Both the position numbers and the translations under genes were made by a program. Of a stretch of 64,000 nt of DNA, positions 43,665 to 54,818 are shown in pieces. The DNA comes from Chlorobium chlorochromatii (GTDB lineage: Bacteria; Bacteroidota; Chlorobiia; Chlorobiales; Chlorobiaceae), in contig DYND01000003.1 in the NCBI GenBank assembly GCA_020721255.1, forward strand, positions 14,173-78,172, read 5' to 3'. The notes beneath the pieces are model-generated. The model saw nothing but the letters and a program-made list of their open reading frames with translations, did no database searches and was not told the DNA's origin. How positions within the stretch are numbered: the stretch's first letter is position 1; the number at the start of each line of letters is the position of its first letter.

Positions 43665-44960
43665 ATGGCACAGACGATAACTCAGAAAATTCTTGCAAAA
43701 GCCGCCAACCGGAAATTCGTGGATGCCGGTGAAAGCGTGTGGCTGAATGTTGACATTCTCCTCACCCACGATGTCTGCGGTCCACCAACATTCGATATTT
43801 TTAAGGAGGAGTTCGGCCCCGACGCAAAAGTGTGGGATCCCGAAAAAGTTGTTGTGCTACCCGATCACTACATCTTCACCGCCAACGAGCACGCTCATCG
43901 CAACATCGACCTTCTGCGACAATTTGCAAAAGAGCAGGGACTCAAGCACTATTATGATGTTGGTACTGAACGATATAAAGGTGTCTGCCACGTAGCGCTT
44001 GCCGAAGAGGGATTCAACCTGCCCGGTACTGTGCTTTTCGGAACCGACTCGCACACCTGCACATCGGGCGCGTTTGGCATGTTCGGTACAGGAATCGGCA
44101 ACACCGACGCCGCCTTTATTCTCGGCACAGGCAAACTCTGGGAAAAAGTTCCAGAATCCATAAAGTTCATTTTCGATGGAGAAATGCCCGCCTATCTGAC
44201 GGCAAAAGATCTTATTCTTCAGATTCTCGGCGATATCACCACAGACGGCGCAACCTACATGGCGATGGAATTTGATGGTGAGGCAATTTTCTCACTTCCT
44301 ATGGAGGAGAGAATGACGCTGACCAACATGGCTATCGAAGCCGGTGGCATGAACGGTATTATTGCCGCTGACAAAATTGCAGAAGAGTACGTTAAAGCAA
44401 GAAGCAACAAACCTTACGAGCTGTTCCAGAGTGACGCTGACGCACAGTATTACAGCACCTATCGCTACAATGTGCGCGACCTTGAGCCAGTAGTCGCGCA
44501 ACCGCACAGCCCCGACAATCGCGCCACAGTAAGAAGCGTTGCAGGCACTAAAATCACCAAATCATACATTGGCTCCTGCACAGGCGGCAAGCTGACTGAT
44601 TTTATGATGGCAGCTAAAATCCTGAAAGGGCAGCAGGTCACAGTAACAACAAACATTGTTCCCGCTACAGTTCAAGTTGCCCGCAGCCTTGAAACGGAAC
44701 AGTACGAAGGAGTAAGCCTGAAAAAGATTTTTGAAGACGCAGGATGCAGTGTAGCCCTCCCCTCATGCGCGGCATGTCTTGGCGGGCCAGCCGATACCGT
44801 AGGACGCTCGGTGGATAAAGACGTTGTCGTATCAACCACCAATCGCAATTTTCCGGGACGAATGGGCAGCAAACACGCAGGCGTTTACCTCGCCTCACCG
44901 CTCACTGCAGCAGCATCAGCAATTACAGGCAAACTCACTGATCCGAGAGATTTTCTCTGA
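43665..44960 (+). CDS. leuC: 3-isopropylmalate dehydratase large subunit (LeuC/HacA type)
   Basis: DSHTCTSGAFG, IGSCTGG, CAACLG, STTNRNFPGRMG. Confidence 0.94.
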   Translation: MAQTITQKILAKAANRKFVDAGESVWLNVDILLTHDVCGPPTFDIFKEEFGPDAKVWDPEKVVVLPDHYIFTANEHAHRNIDLLRQFAKEQGLKHYYDVGTERYKGVCHVALAEEGFNLPGTVLFGTDSHTCTSGAFGMFGTGIGNTDAAFILGTGKLWEKVPESIKFIFDGEMPAYLTAKDLILQILGDITTDGATYMAMEFDGEAIFSLPMEERMTLTNMAIEAGGMNGIIAADKIAEEYVKARSNKPYELFQSDADAQYYSTYRYNVRDLEPVVAQPHSPDNRATVRSVAGTKITKSYIGSCTGGKLTDFMMAAKILKGQQVTVTTNIVPATVQVARSLETEQYEGVSLKKIFEDAGCSVALPSCAACLGGPADTVGRSVDKDVVVSTTNRNFPGRMGSKHAGVYLASPLTAAASAITGKLTDPRDFL

Positions 44961-44998
44961 TCGCTCTTGAAAGGATGAATTAAGAAGAATCAATAACA

Positions 44999-45565
44999 AT
45001 GGAAACTATCATTCAGGGCAAAGCATACGTTTTAGGCAAGAATATTGATACCGACCAGATCATTCCGGCTGAACACCTTGTTTACAGCCTTTCTGATCCT
45101 GATGAGGTGGTTCTGTATGGCAAATATGCGCTCTCGGGCGTACCTCCAGCCCAAGGAGGATTGCCTGAAGGCAACATTCCTTTTATCAACGGTGACGAGG
45201 TGCATTCAGCCTTCACCATCATTATAGCAGGTCCAAACTTCGGTTGTGGTTCATCGCGCGAACATGCACCATTTGCCTTAAAAATCGCTGGAGTAAAAGC
45301 CATTATCGCCGAATCATACGCAAGAATATTTTATCGCAACTGTGTTGATGGTGGGTTCGCTGTTCCTTATGAATCCGCCGAACACCTCAATCAGGTTATC
45401 AATACGGGTGATGAGCTGAGAATCGATGTGGCAGCAAATACTATCGAAAACCTGAGCAGCAACGTGACGTACAAGCTCAATCCGCTTGGCAGTGTCTTCA
45501 ATATTATCGAAGCCGGCGGAATTTTTGCTTATGCCAGGCAGGAAAACTTAATGGCTCAAAGCTGA
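44999..45565 (+). CDS. leuD: 3-isopropylmalate dehydratase small subunit
   Basis: NIDTDQIIPA, NFGCGSSREHA, YARIFYRN. Confidence 0.95.
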   Translation: METIIQGKAYVLGKNIDTDQIIPAEHLVYSLSDPDEVVLYGKYALSGVPPAQGGLPEGNIPFINGDEVHSAFTIIIAGPNFGCGSSREHAPFALKIAGVKAIIAESYARIFYRNCVDGGFAVPYESAEHLNQVINTGDELRIDVAANTIENLSSNVTYKLNPLGSVFNIIEAGGIFAYARQENLMAQS

Positions 45566-45568
45566 TTT

Positions 45569-47161
45569 ATGACTTCAAGTACTAACCTTATTGAACTTTA
45601 CGACACCACTCTGCGTGATGGCACGCAGGGTGAACACATAAACCTCTCAGTACAAGACAAACTGCTGATTGCCCAAAAGCTTGATGAGTTTGGCATGAAC
45701 TACATTGAAGGGGGATGGCCAAGCAGCAACCCTAAAGACGAAGAGTTTTTTCTTAAAGCACGGCAGCTTCGTTTTAACCATGCAAAACTTTGTGCTTTTG
45801 GCTCAACTGCACGGTCTGTTTCCACAGTTTCGAGCGATCCCAATTTGCTCGGTCTGCTGCACTCCGAAACTCCGGTTATTACCATCTTTGGAAAAACATG
45901 GAAAGCTCACTCTGTCAAAAGTCTTGGAATTTCTGATGAAGAGAATGCTGAACTGATTTTCCGTTCTGTTGAGTTCCTCAAGCAAGCGGGACGCGAAGTC
46001 TTTTTTGATGCGGAACATTTTTTTGACGGTTACAAAGATAATCGTGAATTCGCAATAAAAATGCTGCTTGCTGCTGTACAGGGAGGCGCAACACGCCTTG
46101 TGCTTTGCGACACCAATGGTGGTTCCCTGCCGCATGAAGTTTCGGATATCGTTACAAACGTCCTCACCGCCACAGGCGTACCGGTAGGCATACATTGCCA
46201 CAACGACAGCGATTTAGCAGTCGCAAATTCTTTAACTGCAATTATAGCCGGAGCAACTCACCTTCAAGGCACCATAAACGGTATTGGTGAACGATGCGGC
46301 AACGCAAATCTCATCAGCATTATTCCGAATATCATACTCAAGCTGCAGCGCTCATGTACGTTTGTAGAGCAGTTGACGCAACTCACCTCGCTCTCAAAGT
46401 TCGTCTATGAAATTCTGAATATGCCGTCAAACACCAGAGCACCCTTTGTCGGAAAATCAGCATTTGCTCACAAAGGCGGCATACATGTAAGCGCCGTCAT
46501 GAAAGAGAGTTCCCTCTACGAGCATATCGATCCAAAACTCGTTGGGAATCATCAACGTGTTCTGGTTTCAGAACTTGCAGGCCAAAGTAATATCCGCTAT
46601 AAGGCACAGGAACTGGGTATTACACTCCCTGAAAAAAGTGATGTATTCAAAAATATTGTTCACCATATCAAGGAACTTGAACACGAAGGCTACCAATTTG
46701 ATGGTGCAGAAGCCTCATTTGCTCTACTGTTACACAAAGAGTTAGGCAACTTCACGCCGTTCTTTGAGGTCTTGGAAACAAAAGTACATATCGAATCAAG
46801 CAAAGAAGCCCGTAATGTCGATCAGGCGGTACTCAAAGTAATGGTTGGTGGTGAAATTGAACATATTGCCGCTGATGGGGACGGACCTGTCAACGCACTC
46901 GATAAAGCGCTTCGTAAAGCACTCCTGCACTTTTATCCCGAAATAAAGAGCATCAAGCTTATTGACTACAAAGTGCGTGTTTTAGAGGAGAAAAGAGGTA
47001 CCAGCGCAAAAGTTCGAGTACTCATTGAATCCAGCAATGGACACGACACATGGGGAACCGTTGGAGTTTCAACCAACATTATTGAAGCAAGTCTCCATGC
47101 GCTTCAGGACAGTATGAACTACCACCTCTTTACGCTGAAGAGTTCACCGCAGGCTGGATAA
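45569..47161 (+). CDS. cimA: Citramalate synthase
   Basis: YDTTLRDGTQGE, IEGGWPSSNPKD, FDAEHFFDGY, FAHKGGIH, SELAGQSN (CimA subfamily of the DRE-TIM family). Confidence 0.9.
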   Translation: MTSSTNLIELYDTTLRDGTQGEHINLSVQDKLLIAQKLDEFGMNYIEGGWPSSNPKDEEFFLKARQLRFNHAKLCAFGSTARSVSTVSSDPNLLGLLHSETPVITIFGKTWKAHSVKSLGISDEENAELIFRSVEFLKQAGREVFFDAEHFFDGYKDNREFAIKMLLAAVQGGATRLVLCDTNGGSLPHEVSDIVTNVLTATGVPVGIHCHNDSDLAVANSLTAIIAGATHLQGTINGIGERCGNANLISIIPNIILKLQRSCTFVEQLTQLTSLSKFVYEILNMPSNTRAPFVGKSAFAHKGGIHVSAVMKESSLYEHIDPKLVGNHQRVLVSELAGQSNIRYKAQELGITLPEKSDVFKNIVHHIKELEHEGYQFDGAEASFALLLHKELGNFTPFFEVLETKVHIESSKEARNVDQAVLKVMVGGEIEHIAADGDGPVNALDKALRKALLHFYPEIKSIKLIDYKVRVLEEKRGTSAKVRVLIESSNGHDTWGTVGVSTNIIEASLHALQDSMNYHLFTLKSSPQAG

Positions 47162-47181
47162 GTAGCAGAACCCGCAAAACC

Positions 47182-47235
47182 AAAAAGCACCGCATTGATT
47201 AATAATCAAAAGGAACAATCAATACGGCGCTTTTT
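47182..47235 (-). terminator. Long hairpin terminator between convergent cimA and the ferritin-like gene
   Basis: AAAAAGCACCGCATTGATT...AATCAATACGGCGCTTTTT; both plus-strand A-C mismatches become G-U pairs on the minus strand. Confidence 0.7.
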
Positions 47236-47256
47236 ATAATGTGGCAGAGTAGGCAG

Positions 47257-47727
47257 CTATTTGATATTGTTGCTCTCCATATACTGCATAATTCTTGCAG
47301 CATGGTCGCGATCTTCCTGATTCAATTGCTTGAAAATATTCGATGAATAGGAGTTTGTCGGGCTATCGAGAAACTGCTGAAAATGCGACTCACCGGCAGC
47401 CATCTCAAGCTCATACGCTATTTTAAATGCTTCAGCGCGCGATGGTGGAGTGGTGGTATAAATATCAATAAGCTTCGCAATTCTCTCATTGGTTCCCACA
47501 AGCGCTTGTAAATCTTTCGCTAACAGATTGTCGGGAAAAAACTCTTTTTGCTGAGGTTTTTTCTTCTCTTGCTGAAACAATGACGCATGCCCTTGCTCCT
47601 CCATCGACAAATCCCACCAGAAATCTTCATCTTCAGAGAAGCAATCGTTAAAGAGCAGATAAAGTTTGGCAAGGTTCAATTCCAGTTGGATTGACTCGTC
47701 AAGGTGTTGCTGAAGTTCTTCTGACAT
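47257..47727 (-). CDS. Ferritin-like/rubrerythrin-family protein
   Basis: Duplicated E...ExxH/DxxH pattern (SIQLE, MEEQGHA, YELE, QEDRDHA). Confidence 0.75.
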   Translation of the reverse strand: MSEELQQHLDESIQLELNLAKLYLLFNDCFSEDEDFWWDLSMEEQGHASLFQQEKKKPQQKEFFPDNLLAKDLQALVGTNERIAKLIDIYTTTPPSRAEAFKIAYELEMAAGESHFQQFLDSPTNSYSSNIFKQLNQEDRDHAARIMQYMESNNIK

Positions 47728-47777
47728 AAGTATTCTTTTTTAGGATCTACAGTTCTGGTTTCGACGACTGTTTTACT

Positions 47778-49637
47778 TCAATTGTTGTTACGATATGCAG
47801 CATACTCCTGAAGACTTTTCACGCCAAACTCCTGATGGCGAATACAATCTATTGCCTGCACCGATGCCTCTGCCGCCTCGATAGTGGTAACAAACGGCAC
47901 ATTGTTCAGCACTGATGCCGCGCCAATTGCCTCTTCATCGTGTAGCGCTTTTTCACCACGCGGTGTATTGATGACAAAGTTGATTTTGCCATGCTTGATA
48001 ATGTCGAAAATGTTGGGTCTTCCTTCCTCACCAACCTTGTACACTTTTTTGCATTCAATGCCATTCTCGGTTAAGAACTGATGCGTTCCGGCCGTGGCCA
48101 CCAAATCAAAATCCATGCGGAAAAGTGCCTTCGCAATGTCAAGAATGCGCTGGTTTTTATCCTGGTCATTAACGCTGATAAAGATGGTTCCTGAGAGTGG
48201 AAGCTGCATATTTGCGGCTTGATAGGCTTTGGCGAATGCTTCAGGAAATTCTTCAGCAAGACTCATAGCCTCACCGGTCGAACGCATTTCAGGACCGAGA
48301 TAAACACCCGATTTCACAAACTTCGAGAAGGGAAAAACAGGCTCTTTAATCGCCAAGTGCTTCATGCCAAGCTCATCGCAATCTTTCAGGTTGTACTCTT
48401 TGCGCAAGTCGCTGAGCTTTTCGCCAAGCATAACTCGTGTCGCTATTTTAACCACAGGAATTGCCGTTGCTTTCCCGACAAATGGTACGGTTCTGCTGGC
48501 TCGCGGATTCACCTCAATCACAAACACACTATCACTCTGCACAGCGTACTGAATGTTCATCAAACCCACTACTTTCAAATTTTCAGCAAGCGTTCGGGTA
48601 TATGCCTTCATGGTAGCAATCGCCTGCTTGCTGATATTGTAGTAAGGCAGAATGGATGTAGAATCGCCGCTATGAATACCAGCCGCCTCAACGTGCTGCA
48701 TAATGCCACTGATAACGCAATCGGTGCGGTCGGCAATCGCATCAATATCAAATTCAACAGCCGTCTCAAGAAAGCGGTCAATCAACAGTGGATATTTTTC
48801 AGTAATAAAGAGCGCTTGATCGATGTACTCTTTCAGTGAATCATCACTATAAACAATCTTCATGGCACGTCCGCCAAGCACATAACTTGGGCGCACCAAT
48901 GCGGGATAACCAATGCGCTTTGTAATCTCTTTTGCCTCTTCAAAGCTGATGGCTGTGCCATATTCAGGATGAGGAATATTGAGCTTTTCAAGCAACGCCC
49001 CAAATTTTTTGCGATCCTCTGCCAAATCAATGCCTTCCGACGATGTTCCAAGAATGGTAACGCCAGCCTCATGCAACTTGGTTGAGAGTTTCAGCGGTGT
49101 CTGTCCACCAAAGCTGACAATAACCCCAAGCGGCTTTTCGTGCTCGATAATGCGAATAGTATCTTCAAAAGTGAGCGGCTCAAAGTAAAGCTTGTCGGCA
49201 ATATCGTAGTCAGTAGAAACTGTTTCAGGGTTACAGTTCACCATAACGGTTTCATAGCCGGCTTCCCTTAAAGCGAACACCGCCTGCACACAGCAATAGT
49301 CAAACTCAATGCCTTGGCCTATGCGGTTTGGTCCGCCACCAAGAATAATCACCTTTTTGCGATCAGAAGAGATCGACTCATTCTCCTCTTCGTATGTTGA
49401 GTAATGGTAAGGCGTTTTAGCATCAAACTCCGCCGCGCAGGTATCGACGGTTTTGAAGACAGACTCAATAGCGTAATGTTTTCTCAGTGCGCGAATAACA
49501 GGCTCAGTCGTCATAAAAATATTGGCAAGCTGAAAATCGGAGAAGCCGTTCTGTTTGGCTTGTAACACTCGATCAGCAGGGAATTTCCGGGCAAGGGCAA
49601 GAACCTCCTGCGTCAGGTCGGAAGCTTGAATGGTCAT
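47778..49637 (-). CDS. carB: Carbamoyl-phosphate synthase large subunit, C-terminal half only
   Basis: Begins in the oligomerisation domain (AKQNGFSD, FKTVDTCAAEF), one ATP-grasp (GPNRIGQGIEFDY, VRPSYVLGG, EVNPRASRT) and MGS domain; 619 aa. Confidence 0.93.
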   Translation of the reverse strand: MTIQASDLTQEVLALARKFPADRVLQAKQNGFSDFQLANIFMTTEPVIRALRKHYAIESVFKTVDTCAAEFDAKTPYHYSTYEEENESISSDRKKVIILGGGPNRIGQGIEFDYCCVQAVFALREAGYETVMVNCNPETVSTDYDIADKLYFEPLTFEDTIRIIEHEKPLGVIVSFGGQTPLKLSTKLHEAGVTILGTSSEGIDLAEDRKKFGALLEKLNIPHPEYGTAISFEEAKEITKRIGYPALVRPSYVLGGRAMKIVYSDDSLKEYIDQALFITEKYPLLIDRFLETAVEFDIDAIADRTDCVISGIMQHVEAAGIHSGDSTSILPYYNISKQAIATMKAYTRTLAENLKVVGLMNIQYAVQSDSVFVIEVNPRASRTVPFVGKATAIPVVKIATRVMLGEKLSDLRKEYNLKDCDELGMKHLAIKEPVFPFSKFVKSGVYLGPEMRSTGEAMSLAEEFPEAFAKAYQAANMQLPLSGTIFISVNDQDKNQRILDIAKALFRMDFDLVATAGTHQFLTENGIECKKVYKVGEEGRPNIFDIIKHGKINFVINTPRGEKALHDEEAIGAASVLNNVPFVTTIEAAEASVQAIDCIRHQEFGVKSLQEYAAYRNNN

Positions 49638-50036
49638 GCAATCTCGATAGAATTTTAGAAAGAGGCTTCGGGTAACACTCCTATAACGTTAATAACCGTA
49701 ACGAACACTTTTCATTACCGAACAATCGGTTATTATTATACAAAAATGCCCATGCTTCTCAAAGCTGGCGTTTCGTTGTATTCATGCGGCTTCTTTTTTT
49801 TGCATTTTCAAAAATGGATAAGGATTTTTTTACATTGACAAACACAACGAACATTTCAGTCAATACGTTGAGATGCGCTTAAACAAGTTGCAAAAGCTGG
49901 AGTTGATACTCTTTATAACACTGAACTCACAACTAAAAACACTCGGTCTATACGCCAAACCAATTCACTCTTGTTCATGTATCATGTTCTCGTTCACCTT
50001 ACTACCTGGTACGCCAAAAAAGCGTAATCAACATCT

Positions 50037-51278
50037 ATGAATAAAAAGATTTTTGACTCTATCGACGACGCTCTTGAAGATATCCGACAAGGGAAACTCG
50101 TTATTGTTATTGACGATGAAGATCGCGAAGATGAAGGCGATTTTATTGGCGCTGCAGATCGGGTGACAACAGAGATGATTAATTTTATAACGCGTGAAGC
50201 ACGAGGTCTGTTGTGCGTTGCCGTCACCATGGCGCGGGCAAAAGAGCTGGAGCTTGACCCAATGGTACAGCGGAATACCTCACAGCACGAAACCAATTTT
50301 ACCGTTTCAGTTGATGCAATCGCCGAGGGAGTTACCACAGGAATCTCCGTTTACGACCGCACAATGACCATCAAAATGCTCGGCAATCCATCATCAAACG
50401 CAGATGATTTTTCACGCCCTGGTCATATTTTCCCACTTCGCGCAATGGATGGTGGCGTTCTTCGGCGTGTAGGTCACACCGAAGCGGCTGTCGATCTTGC
50501 CCGACTTGCTGGTTGCAGCCCGGCTGGATTACTCTGCGAAATACTCAATGATGATGGAAGTATGGCAAGACTTCCCGAACTCATCAAACTAAAGGCAAAA
50601 TTTGGCCTGAAACTTATCACCATTAAAGAGCTTGTCGCTTACCAGATGCAGCGCAACAAACTGGTACAACGTGCCGTTGAAGCTCGATTACCAACCGAAT
50701 ATGGTGAATTTCAACTCATTGCTTATGAATCATTTACCGACCATCATAACCATATTGCCTTTGTAAAAGGTGATGTTTCCACAGCAGATCCAGTGCTTGT
50801 GCGCGTGCATTCACAGTGTGCCACGGGCGATACATTTGGCTCGCTGCGTTGCGATTGCGGTCACCAGCTTACCTCGGCTCTCACCATGATCGAAAAAGAG
50901 GGGCGCGGAGTTCTGGTCTATCTCATGCAGGAGGGACGTGGCATTGGTTTAATCAACAAGCTTAAAGCCTATAATCTGCAGGATCAAGGTTTTGACACCG
51001 TGGAAGCAAACGAACAGCTTGGCTTCAAAGCTGATCTGCGCGATTATGGCATCGGCGCCCAGATTCTCAAAGACTTGGGAGTAAGCAAAATGAAATTGAT
51101 GACCAATAATCCCAAAAAAGTGGTTGGACTTGAAGGGTATGGACTTGAAATTGTTGAACGGATTCCCATTGAAATTGCTCCCAATGCAATAAATCAAAAC
51201 TATCTGGATACAAAACGCGACAAACTGGGGCACATGATTGGCTGTTCGTGCAGCTCAGTAAGTCGTTCTTTTGAATAA
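50037..51278 (+). CDS. ribBA: Bifunctional DHBP synthase / GTP cyclohydrolase II
   Basis: [48 protein letters not shown]. Confidence 0.97.
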   Translation: MNKKIFDSIDDALEDIRQGKLVIVIDDEDREDEGDFIGAADRVTTEMINFITREARGLLCVAVTMARAKELELDPMVQRNTSQHETNFTVSVDAIAEGVTTGISVYDRTMTIKMLGNPSSNADDFSRPGHIFPLRAMDGGVLRRVGHTEAAVDLARLAGCSPAGLLCEILNDDGSMARLPELIKLKAKFGLKLITIKELVAYQMQRNKLVQRAVEARLPTEYGEFQLIAYESFTDHHNHIAFVKGDVSTADPVLVRVHSQCATGDTFGSLRCDCGHQLTSALTMIEKEGRGVLVYLMQEGRGIGLINKLKAYNLQDQGFDTVEANEQLGFKADLRDYGIGAQILKDLGVSKMKLMTNNPKKVVGLEGYGLEIVERIPIEIAPNAINQNYLDTKRDKLGHMIGCSCSSVSRSFE

Positions 51279-51326
51279 ATTTATTATCAACGACTAAACT
51301 TCCGTCAGGAAAAAGGCTAAAAAAAG

Positions 51327-52643
51327 ATGGATACTGATATTCTTCAAAAGCAGGATAACGAAATTTTTCAGGCAATTGCCTGCGAAACGAAGCGCCAGAC
51401 TGAAACACTTGAGCTTATTGCGTCAGAAAATTTTACCAGCCGTGCGGTCATGCAGGCGTGCGGATCGGTAATGACCAACAAATATGCAGAAGGCTATCCC
51501 GGCAAACGCTATTACGGTGGTTGTGAGTGCGTCGATATTGCGGAGAACCTTGCACGCGATCGTGCGAAAAAGCTCTTTAACTGTGACTACGTCAACGTGC
51601 AACCGCACTCCGGCTCAAGCGCCAATATGGCAGTACTCTTTTCGGTACTGAAACCCGGTGACAAAATTATGGGGCTCGACCTTTCGCATGGCGGGCATTT
51701 GACTCATGGTAGTGCAGTCAATTTCTCCGGACAGATGTTTGATGCACACTCTTACGGTGTTGACCGCGAAACCGGTTGTATCGACATGAATAAAGTTGAG
51801 GAGCTTGCCTTACAAGTTCGCCCTAAACTGATTATTTGCGGAGCCAGCGCCTATTCCCAAGGTTTCGACTTCAAAGCGTTCCGCGAAATTGCCGACAAGG
51901 TTGACGCATTGCTGATGGCCGATATTGCCCATCCCGCCGGACTGATTGCCGCCGGTTTCCTTCGCGATCCCATGCCTCACTGTCATTTTGTCACCACCAC
52001 AACCCACAAGACGTTACGCGGTCCTCGCGGCGGCATGATTATGATGGGTGCCGATTTTGAGAATCCAATAGGAATTACCATTAAAACCAAAACCGGCAGT
52101 CGCGTCAAAATGATGTCGGAGGTGATGGATGCCGAGGTGATGCCGGGCATTCAGGGTGGTCCGCTGATGCACATTATTGCAGGTAAAGCAGTAGCGTTTG
52201 GAGAAGCCCTGCAACCATCGTTTAAGGAGTATGCTGCTCAGGTCATCAAAAATGCAGCAGTTATGGCTGAACGCTTTGTTGAGCTTGACTACAACATTGT
52301 CAGCGGTGGAACAAAAAACCATCTTATGTTGCTTGATCTGCGCAACAAAAACGTTACCGGTAAAGTTGCCGAAAATCTTCTGCACGAGGCTGGTATTACC
52401 GTCAACAAGAACATGGTGCCGTTTGACGACAAGTCACCATTCGTCACCAGCGGTATTCGCATCGGCACGCCGGCAATGACCACACGCGGCATGAAAGAAG
52501 CTGAGAGCAAAACAATTGTGGAGCTTATCGATAGGGTAATCTCTTCAGCCGAAAAGCCGGATATCAGCACTATCTGCCAAACTGTCCGCGAAGAGATCAA
52601 AACGCTTTGCCTGAATAACCCACTTGAAGGCTACAGTATGTAA
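51327..52643 (+). CDS. glyA: Serine hydroxymethyltransferase
   Basis: [44 protein letters not shown]. Confidence 0.98.
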   Translation: MDTDILQKQDNEIFQAIACETKRQTETLELIASENFTSRAVMQACGSVMTNKYAEGYPGKRYYGGCECVDIAENLARDRAKKLFNCDYVNVQPHSGSSANMAVLFSVLKPGDKIMGLDLSHGGHLTHGSAVNFSGQMFDAHSYGVDRETGCIDMNKVEELALQVRPKLIICGASAYSQGFDFKAFREIADKVDALLMADIAHPAGLIAAGFLRDPMPHCHFVTTTTHKTLRGPRGGMIMMGADFENPIGITIKTKTGSRVKMMSEVMDAEVMPGIQGGPLMHIIAGKAVAFGEALQPSFKEYAAQVIKNAAVMAERFVELDYNIVSGGTKNHLMLLDLRNKNVTGKVAENLLHEAGITVNKNMVPFDDKSPFVTSGIRIGTPAMTTRGMKEAESKTIVELIDRVISSAEKPDISTICQTVREEIKTLCLNNPLEGYSM

Positions 52644-52682
52644 TTCTTTTTAGCCTTCCTTGCCTGCAAAAGGTTTGGAAGG

Positions 52683-54581
52683 CTAACTTTTTTCCAGAAT
52701 CACCGTAATCATTTTTTTCAGCTCTTGAGACGTTTGCCTGATTTTTTTATCAAGCACAATCTTCTCCTTCGACAACTCAATTTCTCTCTCGCTGTCGTTT
52801 TCAACTCGAATTTTCTCGATCAACACGTTTTTCTGATGCACCAGCGGCTCAAGAATCAAATTTTTGAACGCATCAAGGAACATTGCCAGGCAGCGCTTTG
52901 CGTTATCGGCGTGAACATCGGATTGTTCGAGCCATTTGTTGCTGATTGGTGGATCAATTAATAAGCCCGACGCCAGGTCACGAGCATCAGGGTTACTGAA
53001 TGCACTGATTTCACTGGTAATATCGATGCGCTCATCGGGATAATCGGCAATATCGTGGTAACGACGAATCAGATGGGCAAAAATCTCCTGAGCCTCCTTA
53101 TGTCGCAGCTCCAGCATCGCCTCATGCGACGCGGCGAATTCGAGCACCGCGTTGCCATAGCTTGCACTTTCAAGCAATGCTTTCAAAAAGGTTTTTTCAA
53201 GCACGGTGAGCTTTGGTTCGGGCTTGCGTGGCACCGATATCTCATGACGCTGTTCAAATGATGCCCGCTTTTTTTCTGTCGCATCCTCCTCTTTTCCAAG
53301 TAGCTCCTGAAGCGCCGAAAGAGTGAGATCAAGTTTTTTCGACAGCTCCTGCAAATAGAGTTCCCGCCGGATTCGGTCAGGAATCAGCGCAATGGTGTGC
53401 GCCATCGCTCGTATAGCTCTCGATTTTCCATCAGGTTGTGCAAAATCTCCCGATTCCATAAAAAACCTGATTTGGAAATCCTGAAACGGAAGCATGTTTT
53501 GTTCAGCAAACTGCAGAAATGTCTCCCGTCCTTCACGACGAACAAAACTGTCAGGATCGTCACCCTCAGGCAAAATAACAACATAAGGCGTCACATTTTC
53601 CGAAAGCAAGAGATCGATTCCGCTCATCATTGATTTCTGACCAGCTCTGTCAGCATCGTACATAAACAGCACTCGTTTAGTATAGTGGTGCAGCACTTTT
53701 GCCTGATAGCGTGTCAACGATGTGCCACACGAAGCTACAGCATTGGTCATACCCGCCTGATGCAGCGCGAGAACATCCATGTACCCTTCCACAAGAATCG
53801 CACGTTCCTGCCGACGAATCTCATTCTTCGCCACATGAAGTCCGTAGAGTAGCTTCGATTTCTCAAAAATGGTGCTCTCTGATGAATTGAGATATTTTGG
53901 TGCTTGAGGATCGTTCTGCAAAATACGTCCACCGAAACCAACAACTTGACCTCCAACAGAAAAAATGGGGAAAATCACGCGATGCCGAAAGGTATCGTAG
54001 CAAGAGCTACCCTGCTTGTTATGAGCAATGAGCCCCAGCTCCACCAGACGCTCTTGGTCAATGCCTGCCCGTTTTGCTGCGGTAAAGAGCGTATCCCACG
54101 CATCGGGTGCATAGCCAAGCCCGAAGTTGTTGATGGTTTGATCAGAGAGTCCACGTTCAGTGAAGAGATAGGTACGTCCAGCCTTGCCCGCTTCGCGCCC
54201 CAAAGTATCGTGATAGAATTTAGCCGTCCAGCGGAGCAACTCTGTCTGGCTTTGCTCCTCCAGTGAAGTACGCCGCTCTTTATTTTCAGTAAAGCGACTG
54301 ATATCAATATTCGCCCGTTTAGCAACCAGCTTCAGTGCATCAATAAACGGCACCTTCTCCATCTCCATCACAAAAGAGAAGACATTACCACCTTTTCCAC
54401 TCGAAAAACATTTATAAAGTTGCTTATCAGGCGAAACAACAAACGAAGGAGTCTTCTCTACCGTAAAAGGAGAAAGCGCTTTGTAGTTGCGCCCTGAGGG
54501 CTGAAGCGTCACATAATCAGCAATAATATCAACAATATCGGCAGCTTGCCGCACTTCATCAATCACTGCTTGTGGAATCAT
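52683..54581 (-). CDS. dnaG: DNA primase
   Basis: N-terminal zinc-finger-type domain, GFGGR, KYLNS, VEGYMDV, YDADRAG, DPDS (TOPRIM). Confidence 0.97.
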   Translation of the reverse strand: MIPQAVIDEVRQAADIVDIIADYVTLQPSGRNYKALSPFTVEKTPSFVVSPDKQLYKCFSSGKGGNVFSFVMEMEKVPFIDALKLVAKRANIDISRFTENKERRTSLEEQSQTELLRWTAKFYHDTLGREAGKAGRTYLFTERGLSDQTINNFGLGYAPDAWDTLFTAAKRAGIDQERLVELGLIAHNKQGSSCYDTFRHRVIFPIFSVGGQVVGFGGRILQNDPQAPKYLNSSESTIFEKSKLLYGLHVAKNEIRRQERAILVEGYMDVLALHQAGMTNAVASCGTSLTRYQAKVLHHYTKRVLFMYDADRAGQKSMMSGIDLLLSENVTPYVVILPEGDDPDSFVRREGRETFLQFAEQNMLPFQDFQIRFFMESGDFAQPDGKSRAIRAMAHTIALIPDRIRRELYLQELSKKLDLTLSALQELLGKEEDATEKKRASFEQRHEISVPRKPEPKLTVLEKTFLKALLESASYGNAVLEFAASHEAMLELRHKEAQEIFAHLIRRYHDIADYPDERIDITSEISAFSNPDARDLASGLLIDPPISNKWLEQSDVHADNAKRCLAMFLDAFKNLILEPLVHQKNVLIEKIRVENDSEREIELSKEKIVLDKKIRQTSQELKKMITVILEKS

Positions 54582-54818
54582 CACTTTTTTTCAGATCACC
54601 AAAATGTTCACAAAAAATGTATCATTTTCAGCGTGTGCCAGAACAACAGACACTCTCTCCATTAAAAAAACATCGCTGATATTTACTACATTCACGCTCA
54701 ACGGTGTTGCGTTTTTTTTCAATGTCAACAAGAGAGAGTATAGCAAATTACAGAGTTCATTTTTATAACACAGCGTTTCTCTTTACTCTTCAGGATACAT
54801 TAAAATCATGACGATTCT

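Noticed and set aside
49638-50036. FMN riboswitch upstream of ribBA
   Set aside because: The conserved RFN sequences (AGGGTGAAATTCCC-type stem, GGATGGGAG) are absent; the region looks like divergent promoters.
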